From contig CAZSNS010000004.1 in assembly GCA_964608515.1 (NCBI GenBank), positions 1,600 to 65,599 on the forward strand: 64,000 nt of DNA, in the 5' to 3' direction. The notes under the pieces were generated by a model. That model was given only the letters and a program-made list of their open reading frames with translations, did not search any database and was not told where the DNA came from. The DNA comes from Candidatus Hadarchaeota archaeon. GTDB lineage: Archaea; Hadarchaeota; Hadarchaeia; Hadarchaeales; JAGGTB01. This document shows, piece by piece, positions 18,865-29,032 of this stretch (its first letter is position 1; each line of letters begins with the position of its first letter). The position numbers and the translations under genes are program-made.

Positions 18865-21273
18865 TTAGGAATACTCTTCTTCTATTTTTTCCACGATTCT
18901 TTCTTGGATTTTGTCCATTATCTCTACTTTTTTTTCACTTTCCCCTCTTTCACCTATCACATCTACAGTTTCTTTACAAGCCTTTATTATAATATCGGGA
19001 TTTACATCCTCTCTAAATTTCTCAACAGCGGCCGTATTTGCACCACGCTTATCAGGTTCTGAATAGTGTGAAATTTCTGTTGTCCATATATCATCAAAAA
19101 GTTCAAAAAAATCCTCTTTAGAACTAGGTAATTCCTCTCTTGAATATTTATGAATCTCTTCTTCTATTTTTTTGAATATTTCCTCAGTGAGGAGATATTC
19201 TTCTACCTTTCTACTTTTATTCTTTCTCCACTCTTCAAGATAGTTTTCTTTAAGTTTTTCAGTGGGTTTATAATCCATATGGGTTACTACTTTTTCGTTC
19301 TCAATTAAATCTTCTTTCGGTTGATTTAATTCCTCTGCCAAATATTCTAAAAAATTAGTTACAATCTTGCTGACAATAATTTCGTTTTTAGCGTCATCCG
19401 GATGGATGAACAAGAAAAAATTCCATAAGCGTTCATATCTTTCTTCGGATAGCAACTCAATTTCTTTCTGTATGTCTAAGCCTTCACTCCTATTTGTCAG
19501 AGGCTCTAATCTAACTTCGTCATGTTTTTCTTGAATGAATGTTCCTATCTCTTTAGCTTGAGGGTGTCTTTCAGGACAATACACAAAGGTATCCCTTTCC
19601 ACCTTACATTCACTTTCGATTTTTTCTAATTCTTCAGGGGTTGCGTGATAAGTGTCTATAAAATCATTAAGATTACTAGCAAGGTCATTAAAAAGAGTAA
19701 ATGGAATTATTGCTCCTACTTTGTTAAGTTTTCTTTCTTTAAACCTAGTCAGTAATTCATTATCAGCCCTACTTTTTATGTAATGAATCAGTTCGCTATC
19801 AGTAAGATTAAGAATAGACTTTTCTTCACCCTCATAAGGATTAGAGTCCTTAGGTTTTCTCCCTCTTAATAATTTGAGTAACATAGTACTTGCTGCTGCT
19901 TTTGTTTTATGGTAGTATACCCTTTCAGCTAAAGTATGCCTAGTATCCATTATATTGAGTATTTCTGTTATTATATCTCCTTTTTCTGCTCCCCTTTTAC
20001 CATAAATAGATAAACCTAAACGGAGGGGAGAAGTCGTGTCGTATTCAACCATAGAGTTATCTTCTCCTATGATGAAATATCTGAATATTCTCTCGTCATA
20101 CCCTTTCGATTTTATACCGCAGTTTCGTAAGTCCCGTCGAATGTAGTCTAACATATCAGCACAGATAGTATTTCCGACAATATCTGCCATAAAAGGGTGG
20201 AAGATATCTCTTTCAGAAAATTTCTCTAAACTTTTTGAAAGTTTTTCGAATATTTCTTCTACTCTAGGTTGGGATTCACCGTTTTTTACTTCAGATCTAA
20301 TGTTTTCAAGTTTGTCTTCAAAGCTTTCAATTTTACCTGTATGTTTAATTTCATGTTTGAATTTGAGAATAAGGAAGAGCAAGTCTCTAAGATCTTTATT
20401 AGAGATTGGTGATATCCATCTTCCATCATTTTCTTCGGGAAGCCAATCATCCTTCGGATTAACAAGGATTTTTCTAATTTCGCTATTTTCGTCAAAAAGT
20501 AAATACCATAATCTGGGACTTTTTATTTCATCATGCCCTTGAAATTCATCGAACTCATCTTCTAAGGTGTGTCCAAAAGGAATATGGGTTATATCGTGAA
20601 GAAGTGCGGCTATTGAGACAATTTTCTTTATTGATTTCATTTTATTGGAAAATTCTTTGTATGAATCCCTAGTATCTGGATTGGAGTAGTATTTTGAACT
20701 TCCGTTCAAATAAACGTTTAGTTTTCCATCTTCTTTTCTAATATTGTGATGGTATCCCTTATTTTTGTCGTTTAATCTCCACAATCGGTTTTCTTCTACA
20801 ACCTCAACGGTAAAGTTCTCAGAAAGAGTAAGACCGTTTCTCTCGTACTTTTCTTTAAGTGTCGTCGTTTCGGTTTCATTTAAGCTTTCCACTAGATCAC
20901 CTATATTTTCTTCTATAGTAAACAGATACTCATCCAAGAAAATATCAGAAATTTTTGAATTGAATGGTTCGAGATCCAACCTCTTATGGTTTTTCGGTAT
21001 GTTATTACATATTTTTTTAGCTAAATGATATACACCAATTGAATGCTGAAACCTTGTATGTTTGGCTCCTCGGTAAACGAGGTCGGCGAGGTTTAATTGT
21101 TTGAGTCCATCTAATCTTTCAAATTCTTTAGTATCAATTAATTTTTCCGCCAGGCCAGAAAATTCTATGTCTCCCCAGATATTATCTTTATAAATCATTC
21201 TATTCGCACCAGCCATCCCCCTAGAGGAGGGTGATGAGATTTTATGAGTTCGTTTAAATAAAAAACTTACCAT
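18865..21273 (-). CDS. dGTPase/SAMHD1-like HD-domain dNTP triphosphohydrolase with ~300-aa charged C-terminal extension
   Basis: 802 aa. FQHSIGVYHLA (H), AALLHDITHIPFGH (HD), and the DMLDYIRRD motif typical of the Dgt/SAMHD1 family. The conserved N-terminal block (NIWGDIEFSGLAEKLIDTKEFERLDGLKQL) suggests the true start is at ATG 21216 or 21198. Confidence 0.55.
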   Translation of the reverse strand: MVSFLFKRTHKISSPSSRGMAGANRMIYKDNIWGDIEFSGLAEKLIDTKEFERLDGLKQLNLADLVYRGAKHTRFQHSIGVYHLAKKICNNIPKNHKRLDLEPFNSKISDIFLDEYLFTIEENIGDLVESLNETETTTLKEKYERNGLTLSENFTVEVVEENRLWRLNDKNKGYHHNIRKEDGKLNVYLNGSSKYYSNPDTRDSYKEFSNKMKSIKKIVSIAALLHDITHIPFGHTLEDEFDEFQGHDEIKSPRLWYLLFDENSEIRKILVNPKDDWLPEENDGRWISPISNKDLRDLLFLILKFKHEIKHTGKIESFEDKLENIRSEVKNGESQPRVEEIFEKLSKSLEKFSERDIFHPFMADIVGNTICADMLDYIRRDLRNCGIKSKGYDERIFRYFIIGEDNSMVEYDTTSPLRLGLSIYGKRGAEKGDIITEILNIMDTRHTLAERVYYHKTKAAASTMLLKLLRGRKPKDSNPYEGEEKSILNLTDSELIHYIKSRADNELLTRFKERKLNKVGAIIPFTLFNDLASNLNDFIDTYHATPEELEKIESECKVERDTFVYCPERHPQAKEIGTFIQEKHDEVRLEPLTNRSEGLDIQKEIELLSEERYERLWNFFLFIHPDDAKNEIIVSKIVTNFLEYLAEELNQPKEDLIENEKVVTHMDYKPTEKLKENYLEEWRKNKSRKVEEYLLTEEIFKKIEEEIHKYSREELPSSKEDFFELFDDIWTTEISHYSEPDKRGANTAAVEKFREDVNPDIIIKACKETVDVIGERGESEKKVEIMDKIQERIVEKIEEEYS

Positions 21274-21442
21274 TTTAGTTTTAGTTTTGATTTTAATCTT
21301 CGTATTTTCTCTTGATTACTGAAGGGGTTAGATATCTATCAATTATGGAAAAATAAGATAGGAAGGACTTCTTCAGTTGCATGTCGTATTTTTATATTCC
21401 CCAATTTTATTAGTACTGTCCAGTTCTAGAATAAGATGGAAA

Positions 21443-21556
21443 ATGATATGTCCTCATTGCGACATTGAAATGAAATTAGTTGAATCGGAGGGGAATACAG
21501 AGGATAACAAGTGCCCCAAATGTGGTTTTCAAAAAACAGTAATAAGAGACAAGTAG
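21443..21556 (+). CDS. small 4-Cys zinc-ribbon protein (37 aa), below the ORF-track cutoff
   Basis: Hand translation: MICPHCDIEMKLVESEGNTEDNKCPKCGFQKTVIRDK. Two CPxC knuckles. Confidence 0.3.
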   Translation: MICPHCDIEMKLVESEGNTEDNKCPKCGFQKTVIRDK

Positions 21557-21626
21557 TTTTTAATATTTTTTGAAAGAATTGCTTTGCATGATTAAAGGGT
21601 TTGTTTTGGCTATCCCGGTATAATTT

Positions 21627-21968
21627 TTAGGACTCTACTTCTTCTTTATAACGATCATTTACCTGTTTTTGAAAATAAAGGACAAGGCCGATACAAGCAA
21701 ATATTATGGCAAATTGGATTATCAAGACTGCACATAATTTATAAGAGATTATCAGTAAAGAGCCCCTTGCTTCTAGAATCCAACTACCTACACCTATAAT
21801 TATCATTATGGCAATTAATGGTGAAACTGGAATCCAGATACTTACATATTTACGGCGATTATCGAGAGCATTCTTGTAGCGGTCGTTTTCGTGCCTATCG
21901 TAATTGTCCATAAGGGAGTGCTGTGAGGCAGCCCAAGACTGAGCTCTACTAAACACAAAGCCAGCCAA
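21627..21968 (-). CDS. small integral membrane protein (2-3 TM)
   Basis: 113 aa. Hydrophobic segments PVSPLIAIMIIIGVGSWIL and LCAVLIIQFAIIFACIGLVLYF. Confidence 0.4.
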   Translation of the reverse strand: MAGFVFSRAQSWAASQHSLMDNYDRHENDRYKNALDNRRKYVSIWIPVSPLIAIMIIIGVGSWILEARGSLLIISYKLCAVLIIQFAIIFACIGLVLYFQKQVNDRYKEEVES

Positions 21969-22011
21969 GATTCCTAAAGCCGTTAATGTTAAAGGTAGGA
22001 CTTCTATATTG

Positions 22012-22620
22012 TCACTCTCCTTGGTTCTCGATTTCTTCTTCTATCCAATCCAGAAGATTTTTAGCATGAGTTTTAGCTTCCACTTTGAACTTTTTTTTAT
22101 GCCCACTATGGCTCACAGTTTTGGGCTTAATCGCCCCCTCAACACTTTCATATTCTCCCTCATGTTTGTCAAAGATCTCTCTGAGTAAATCCCATAATTC
22201 AGATTCTAGTAAGATATAGTGGTCTTCAACTTCCTCTCCGAATTTTTTAACAAGTTTCTCAAATTTTTTCTTTAAATCCTTAAACATATTACCTTTTAAA
22301 TTACTATATCTGTTAGGTTCTTCAGTTTTCAAAGCTCTAATTAAATAAGTCGCCTGTCCGTCAGTTATGTTAAACTTATTGGTTAACACATCTCTTTCTG
22401 GCTTCCATCCAAATTCTTCACATAAGGGCCATATTATTCTGGCCATAAGCTCCGAGGTACTTGAGGGGCGAGGCTTTTCTGCTGTAATCCACTCAAAAAA
22501 GAACCGTTCCCCCTCCTCTTTCACAGTATCTCTTATAACTTCATCTTCTTCCTCGTCCCCAATCTGAAACTGATTCTTTAAATCTACAAATAGTTCATCA
22601 ATTGATTTCCTATCAGGCAC
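22012..22620 (-). CDS. hypothetical protein
   Basis: 202 aa, charged, no recognisable motif. It lies between the HD gene and the membrane gene on the same strand. Confidence 0.35.
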   Translation of the reverse strand: MPDRKSIDELFVDLKNQFQIGDEEEDEVIRDTVKEEGERFFFEWITAEKPRPSSTSELMARIIWPLCEEFGWKPERDVLTNKFNITDGQATYLIRALKTEEPNRYSNLKGNMFKDLKKKFEKLVKKFGEEVEDHYILLESELWDLLREIFDKHEGEYESVEGAIKPKTVSHSGHKKKFKVEAKTHAKNLLDWIEEEIENQGE

Positions 22621-22857
22621 CTTATTCTCCCCCCACTTCCCAAAGCAAGATAAGTCTGTCTTATTTAAAGTTTTTATGAGTTATTACTGTTTTCCGATGG
22701 TTCTAGTGCCTCGGCGACCTCACCACTTAATATTTAGCCAAGCGTGGTTTCACTTTGTGGAGTTTATCTCCGGTCCCTTTCTCCCTTTGAACCCCTGAAT
22801 AGAGGGCTACTTCGTGGACGATATCGTCTTGGGGAGTAGGAGGAATGCAATGTTTTC

Positions 22858-23664
22858 TTAGCTATCTCTTCTCTCTTCAAAATAGTCTTGAGCTTTCACT
22901 TCAATAGAGAAAGGTTCAATATTTTCACAATCCTCTAAGACAGAGTTCACTTTTTCAATTTCTTCTCTAAGTTCTTCTATTTGTTTCCCCGAAACTTCTT
23001 CCTCATGAACTATCACTAAGATTTTTCCCCCTTCTCTCACTAAAACAGATTCTATATTCATGTGGCCCTTCCATATTTCCTCATCTAGTTCTTCTTGAAG
23101 AATATCATAAACTACTTCTGGTGCTCTACGATTATCAATGTCACATGAATCAGCTATACGGAATAAAGTAGCTAACAATTGGACTTTTATCTCATCTCCG
23201 CAACTGTGAGTACGTTCTGGAATATCATCTAATTCTTCTTCTGAACGATGTCTTTTAACCACTGTCTTAAGACCACTTTCAACAGGATTATCTAAATCAA
23301 ACAAGTAGTTTTGTCTCTTTAATGTATCCCACATTTCACAAGATTTTTCGGCATGACTTTCTCTATCCTCCAAGTTCCCAATATCATGGATCCAAGCTGA
23401 AGCATATAAAATAAAAATTTCTTTTTCATTCAATTCCCCCCCTGACTCTTGATAAATATCAATAACATCATTGAGGTATCCAATAATTCTCTTAGAATGC
23501 TCATAACCGTGATCTGTAAATTTGGGAATTTCTCGCGGTATATATCTCAAAATATAAGTAATTGCCTTTTTTATCACATACAGTTTATGTTCGTATGCAG
23601 TGCTTCCATTTCCCTGATTAGCTAGTTTTTTGTATTTTTGATTATTGTTCCCCATCAACAACAA
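22858..23664 (-). CDS. HD-domain metal-dependent phosphohydrolase/nuclease-like protein
   Basis: 268 aa. H (DHGYEHSKRI), HD (AWIHDIGN), H (HAEKS), H (RHRSEE) and D (RIADSCD) in HD-superfamily order. Confidence 0.5.
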   Translation of the reverse strand: MLLMGNNNQKYKKLANQGNGSTAYEHKLYVIKKAITYILRYIPREIPKFTDHGYEHSKRIIGYLNDVIDIYQESGGELNEKEIFILYASAWIHDIGNLEDRESHAEKSCEMWDTLKRQNYLFDLDNPVESGLKTVVKRHRSEEELDDIPERTHSCGDEIKVQLLATLFRIADSCDIDNRRAPEVVYDILQEELDEEIWKGHMNIESVLVREGGKILVIVHEEEVSGKQIEELREEIEKVNSVLEDCENIEPFSIEVKAQDYFEERRDS

Positions 23665-23866
23665 TTATTGAAATTTGGATAATTAAGCTTTTAACATTGA
23701 ATTTTTAAATAACGAGTTAATTATTCAATATTGAGTTGAAATTTTGAGATGGAAAAAGACTTATAAGATGGATATTATATATCTATTTTGGTAAAAAAAA
23801 TGAAAAGATTTATAAAAAATGAACCTCCTGGTGAGGAAGAGTTTGCAGTGAAGAAAATTACCTGAG

Positions 23867-24157
23867 GTGTTTATATTGGAAGAGATACTATCCGAGGAAT
23901 TGAAGGTGGCATTAAAAGTATTCGAGTACGACAAGAAAAAAAATGAGCCTATTTATCTTAATAAACTCGATGAAGTTATCAATGATGTCAGTAAGAACAA
24001 AATAAGTAGCTCGGTTGACGAACTGTTTGACTTAGGGATAATAAATGCGAAGTGGGAGAAATCAGGGGGTAATTGGGCTAGAGTACTCACTATCAGTGGA
24101 GAAGCTGAGGACTTTTTAGAGGATCTCGACGAGCGAGTAAAGGAATTAGAGGAATAA
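23867..24157 (+). CDS. hypothetical protein (GTG start per track)
   Basis: 96 aa ORF with no motif. Confidence 0.25.
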   Translation: MFILEEILSEELKVALKVFEYDKKKNEPIYLNKLDEVINDVSKNKISSSVDELFDLGIINAKWEKSGGNWARVLTISGEAEDFLEDLDERVKELEE

Positions 24158-24341
24158 AGTTACTACATATGCTTTTTTTTCTTCAAGGTAGATAATTTTA
24201 ATAGCCTAGCTCGCTGTTTAAATTTGGTTTCTATCACTTATCTAGCATTTTTTCGGTTCGATTAATCACTAGAATTTAAAACTGACACTCTATCAAAGAT
24301 GGTTTTAAAAAGGTCAAGCTATAAACTCATTCTGTATATAT

Positions 24342-25457
24342 ATGGGTTTAGACGATTTAGAGAAGTATAAAGAGGAAGGAGAGACCTTTGGCTTAAAAGA
24401 CATAATAGATGAAAAAGAGACTTTTGATTTAAAAGAGGAATTTGAGGAGTTTATTGGAGATCATATCAAAGAACTATCTGAAAAAGATAATATTATTGCA
24501 CTAAAGAGAAAAGGGAATGTTTTTTTTGAGCATTTGAGGGAAAAATTTCCATCTTTAAAAACCCTTGGACATCTTTCACAAAATCATATCCATGTAAAAA
24601 AGGAAGAATTAGACAATTCTAAGATAATAATATTCGATGATTCAATTGATGAGGGAAATAATTTTGGAAATATCATGAAAGTATTTGAGAAACTAAATAT
24701 AAATCCGAAAGAAGTTTTAGTTCTAAATGTAATAGTGAATGAAAATGCAATCGAAAAAATAAAAGAAAAATATCAAGATGGTGACCTAAAATTTTTATAC
24801 CTCGAATCAGTTTCAGATGAGGAATACGGTAAGCTGTATCCTAAATGCATGTTTGGATATATAGATTATATAAATGAATCCTTAAACAAAGATTTTTCAA
24901 TTATTACCTTAGAATTGGATAAGAGAATTAACATTGAAGAGCTTAAAGAATGCTTTAATGAAAAATTTGATATAATGGATTTAGAACATAAATTAGATTT
25001 GGAGAGTTTAGAAAGAAATAAAGAACATATAGTCTCGAAGATTTCTTTGGACGCTGAAAAGTTTTTTAATAATAAAAGGGAAAGTTTCCCAGAAATAGAA
25101 AATATGAAGCAAACGAAAGTAAGAATTTTCTTAAGAGATAGAGAAACTAACAGCTCTATTGATATTATACCAATTTTAATCCCAGAAAATCCTCCTGTAA
25201 TGGAGTGTAAAGATAAAGAGATATGTAAACTTGATGAATTTAAGAAAAAACATCTAGAAAACTCAGAGCCTGATGAAGAATGCTTGGAAAGATACTGTAT
25301 AAAGTGTTTACAAGAAAACCTATCTAAAGATTTCGATAATAAATTTCAAAGCTATTTAATAAAAAAATTGAAAAAAAAGGGTATTCAAATAATGAGAAGC
25401 AAGACTGAATATCCAATAATTCCTGATTATTTCCCCCTTCTTGAATTTCCAACCTAA
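24342..25457 (+). CDS. PRTase-like (phosphoribosyltransferase type I fold) domain protein with Cys-rich C-terminal extension
   Basis: NIIALKRKGNVFFEHL followed by KIIIFDDSIDEGNNFGNIMKVFEKL...VLVLNVIV resembles the PRPP-binding loop (hhhhDDhhxTGxT) of type I PRTases. C-terminus has CKDKEICKLD...CLERYCIKC. Confidence 0.35.
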   Translation: MGLDDLEKYKEEGETFGLKDIIDEKETFDLKEEFEEFIGDHIKELSEKDNIIALKRKGNVFFEHLREKFPSLKTLGHLSQNHIHVKKEELDNSKIIIFDDSIDEGNNFGNIMKVFEKLNINPKEVLVLNVIVNENAIEKIKEKYQDGDLKFLYLESVSDEEYGKLYPKCMFGYIDYINESLNKDFSIITLELDKRINIEELKECFNEKFDIMDLEHKLDLESLERNKEHIVSKISLDAEKFFNNKRESFPEIENMKQTKVRIFLRDRETNSSIDIIPILIPENPPVMECKDKEICKLDEFKKKHLENSEPDEECLERYCIKCLQENLSKDFDNKFQSYLIKKLKKKGIQIMRSKTEYPIIPDYFPLLEFPT

Positions 25458-25981
25458 AAATTATAATCGACTTCATTCAAAATCTCTGGCTTTTGAGATC
25501 TCATTTCTTTGACTTTTTTTACCATATTCTCCTTCTTATTGATTTTTCCTTTTACTAATTAGATGTTTTTGATAGATATTGTTTTCTTTTTGGATTCCAG
25601 TCTTTCTAGGAAGATTTGGATAATAGATTAGAAAAAGTCGAAAAAAGATAATGTATAGCTTCCATAAACCTGATTCAAATAATGTATACACTTCCGAAGC
25701 TTCAGAGAAGAATAAGAGGGGAATTGAACGGTTGATTTTGAAGCCTTGAAGAGATTTTAACCTTCCATTCTCTTTTCATTTTTCGAAAAACGCTATCTAA
25801 TTCTCCGAACCTATATGGCTAGAATTTGGAGGTTAATAGTGTGTTAACTTTTCCGAAATCGGAAAACTATTCGCCTTTTCCTATCGTTTGTTACAAGACT
25901 ATTGGATTTGTCGCTTAGTCTTCTCAATAAATCACTATAAAGAGGAAAATAATATTAGATTCTGATTTAATAGCATAAAAC

Positions 25982-26872
25982 ATGAGCTTACGAGATTTAT
26001 ATTTGGATAGATGGAAACGAGTGAGGGCCGCGGGGATTAAAATATATGATAATAAAGGTCTAGAACAGGCAATTAATTTTATAAATAAAAATTTGAATGA
26101 TCCTCGTAAAATTGCAGGATTGGAAGCTGAACTTCTCTTCTATGATGAGTACAAGGAAAAGCATTCTTTAATACCTACTACGCTGATGGATGATATGCTA
26201 AAATGTGATTTTGCTGGTGATTATAAAGGTGGAGCGGCTCGTTTTGATGTGACGACGAACCCCGAATATAAAGATCTTTCCGAATATGAGAGTCTTCAAG
26301 AGCAGGGAGAATATTATATCGTCGTCGTTGATAGAGAGGGGAAAGATTTCCAAATATTAGATATAAACTTTCCTACATGTTCCTTTTGTGAAGGGTTAGA
26401 GGATAAAAAAGGGAGGCTTATTCCGATAGTAAATATTTCTAAACTTGGTGGAGAGTCAGTATGTAGCTCTCGTTTGAGATTTTCTAGAATATGTTCTTAT
26501 TGTGGAAAAGAAGAGCAGATTGCCTATGATGAACTATTGGAATTTTCTCCTTCATCAATCCGTTATGAGGTGGAGAAAAGATTTGAAGAGCGACTTAGGT
26601 GGGCAGAGGAAGAACGTGGTGAAGAAAAAAGGAAAGAAATAGAGAAAGAATATGAAGAGACATTAGAAGAAGAGCTAGAAGGTTATGCTAGTACTATTAA
26701 AGATTTCTGTAAAAATCAGTATGGAGGAATACCTAGGTTAGTTGGTAGTCCTGGGGGTAAGATGATTCATGGAGAAGTGGTGGAACGCTTTGAGCCCTTT
26801 TGGGTGCATCCGACTATTGATGAGTTTTTTGATCCGTTAGCAATTTCTGATCTTGTTCCCCCCCGTCCATAA
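25982..26872 (+). CDS. hypothetical Zn-finger protein (two CxxC pairs)
   Basis: 296 aa. CSFCEG...CSYCGK, with a charged coiled-coil-like C-terminus. Confidence 0.3.
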   Translation: MSLRDLYLDRWKRVRAAGIKIYDNKGLEQAINFINKNLNDPRKIAGLEAELLFYDEYKEKHSLIPTTLMDDMLKCDFAGDYKGGAARFDVTTNPEYKDLSEYESLQEQGEYYIVVVDREGKDFQILDINFPTCSFCEGLEDKKGRLIPIVNISKLGGESVCSSRLRFSRICSYCGKEEQIAYDELLEFSPSSIRYEVEKRFEERLRWAEEERGEEKRKEIEKEYEETLEEELEGYASTIKDFCKNQYGGIPRLVGSPGGKMIHGEVVERFEPFWVHPTIDEFFDPLAISDLVPPRP

Positions 26873-26975
26873 GTAGAGATAGAGAAAATACTAATGGGTT
26901 ACTGTATTCGGAATAGTCTGGTATTATCTTATTCGTGAAAACCTGTCCGGAAAGTATTGTCCAAAAATAAGTAAA

Positions 26976-27533
26976 TCATATTTTTACTTTTTCAGCTAAA
27001 CTTAAGTTTACCCTTTTCACTTTTTCTGGTTCAGCAAGTTCAAATCTCTCTAATTTTCTGTATAATTCGTTTATCGTACGTTTCCAGCCCCAGTTCGGCC
27101 GATTTCTTTTCCGAAATACTTTGTCCAATTCATTTTCGAAGTAGTCGGTAAGCTCATACTTCTCCAGCTCTTCTTGGATTTCGTCTGCTTTTGAAATGGT
27201 TTCTTTTTCAAAATCGTCACTGTTTGAAACTTTCTCACAAAAGTCAATGATTTCGGAAATCCTGTCAGTTAATGAAACTTCAATATCTAGTATTTTATCG
27301 TTCCAATTTCCTGCTTGTTTGAATATTTCTATAGTATCTTCTATTTCTTCGGTGTTTCCGACATGTTTTCGGTTGTCATCTGATTTTATCGTATCGAATA
27401 TCTCTACCCTGTCGTCCTCTATTATCGGAATATCGAAAATCATCGTTTGGTCATCCATTTCTACACCTCCAAATCCTTCCTCGCCTCCTACTATTAGGAA
27501 CTGTGTTTCTGTACGACCGCTCGTATAATCCAA
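26976..27533 (-). CDS. hypothetical acidic protein
   Basis: 185 aa ORF. Confidence 0.3.
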   Translation of the reverse strand: MDYTSGRTETQFLIVGGEEGFGGVEMDDQTMIFDIPIIEDDRVEIFDTIKSDDNRKHVGNTEEIEDTIEIFKQAGNWNDKILDIEVSLTDRISEIIDFCEKVSNSDDFEKETISKADEIQEELEKYELTDYFENELDKVFRKRNRPNWGWKRTINELYRKLERFELAEPEKVKRVNLSLAEKVKI

Positions 27534-27881
27534 GTTTGCTAAAACTAGATATTCTCCCTGCTTTTTTTCCAGCGAATCCTCTTGAAAAGCTATGAATTCT
27601 TTTTTGCCAATTAAAGGCCTTAAATGTTCTTAAAAAAATAATGAAACCTCCTTTCCTAATGTTATTAAAAAATGATGGCTCTCTGCCGAATTTTAATTAA
27701 TTACTTGGATAGAAGTTGAGGGTTTAAGTGGTTTTTCAAGGGCAATTTATTTAAAAATGGAGTGTTGTTCCCATAGAAGTGGTGGCAGAAAGAGGCTATC
27801 AACCCTGATGAGCACATAGAAACCCTTTTCAAGATATCAAAACTTAATAATGTGAGAAAGAAGTTAACATTAAAGTGAGGG

Positions 27882-28532
27882 GTGTTCTCAGTGGATGAAG
27901 ATTTTTCATTTAACCGTTTATTTTTATGCTTTCCTTTAGTCCTCCCCAATGATATTAATGAGAAGGTGGATGATTTTTTTGAAAGAATTTCCCCTGAAAA
28001 AATTTCAAATATAAAATCGGTGGAGAGGACGGATAAACACGTCTATAAGTTAATAACGGAGGAAAAGAAAGGGGCCTTTCACATTGGAGAGTTGGACACT
28101 ATACATCTAGTTATCAATGATCCCTCACATGCAGATATAGAAAATTTAAACTCAGCACTCAACGACATAGTTGGGCTTTTAAAAAGTGTTCTTGAGATAG
28201 ATAAAATCGAAACAGAAGATGGAACACTGCGGCTAGAGATTGAATCTGACTCGGATTTGGAGAAATATCTATCCAAGCTAATTTCTGAGGAAGATAGAAA
28301 AGGTTTTAGAGAAAATCTAAACTCAGATATTACTGGCTTACAATTTAAGCCTCTTACGGATACGATAGATCGCTTTAGTATAGAAAAGGAAGATGACAAT
28401 CTAGTGGGGGTCTGTGGAAAAAAGTATGACACCAAAATTGAATACGAGGAGGATTTCCTTGAGAGTGAAATTGAAAATGTAATAGAATTTTACGAATCAA
28501 AGTTAAAGGAGGTTCTTGAATATGAACCATAG
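27882..28532 (+). CDS. hypothetical protein, first gene of 3-gene operon
   Basis: 216 aa. GTG start per track; overlaps the next gene by 11 bp. Confidence 0.3.
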   Translation: MFSVDEDFSFNRLFLCFPLVLPNDINEKVDDFFERISPEKISNIKSVERTDKHVYKLITEEKKGAFHIGELDTIHLVINDPSHADIENLNSALNDIVGLLKSVLEIDKIETEDGTLRLEIESDSDLEKYLSKLISEEDRKGFRENLNSDITGLQFKPLTDTIDRFSIEKEDDNLVGVCGKKYDTKIEYEEDFLESEIENVIEFYESKLKEVLEYEP

Positions 28533-29022
28533 AGAATGCTTTACCCCAATAGAAGAGAAACATCTAACAAGGACTCTTGATTTGATAGGAATTGATAAAA
28601 GTCATCCAGAAGACCACACTATGATTTCAGAAACCACAGGACGGTTTGGATTCTTTGCATCTGTTTCGACTTGTGAACCACATCTTAAAGAAGAAGACTT
28701 GTTTGAGAAAGATATTCGAAATAATGTGACCAAAAAAATGAAAGAGAGAGCAAAAAACATCCCGACGTTAAAGAATTCTCTTGAACTTTCGATTAAAAAA
28801 ATGAAAGAATTTCTAAATTCGAAAGATATAAAATATGAATTAGAAGCTGATGTTTGGCAACCTGTGGAGTTTGAGGATAGCGGTGGAGAAAACTCCATAA
28901 CTATTCATATAGAATGTGATGATTTTGATAAAAGGAGAGAGATAGAGGACGAAATTCGAGATATAGTAAGGGAATCTGAAAAAGATGATTTAATCATATA
29001 TACCATGATTAAACGATTTTAG
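28522..29022 (+). CDS. hypothetical protein, middle gene of operon
   Basis: ATG at 28522 is preceded by AAGGAGG 10 nt upstream. 167 aa. Confidence 0.4.
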   Translation: MNHRECFTPIEEKHLTRTLDLIGIDKSHPEDHTMISETTGRFGFFASVSTCEPHLKEEDLFEKDIRNNVTKKMKERAKNIPTLKNSLELSIKKMKEFLNSKDIKYELEADVWQPVEFEDSGGENSITIHIECDDFDKRREIEDEIRDIVRESEKDDLIIYTMIKRF

Positions 29023-29032
29023 GTTGAATATT

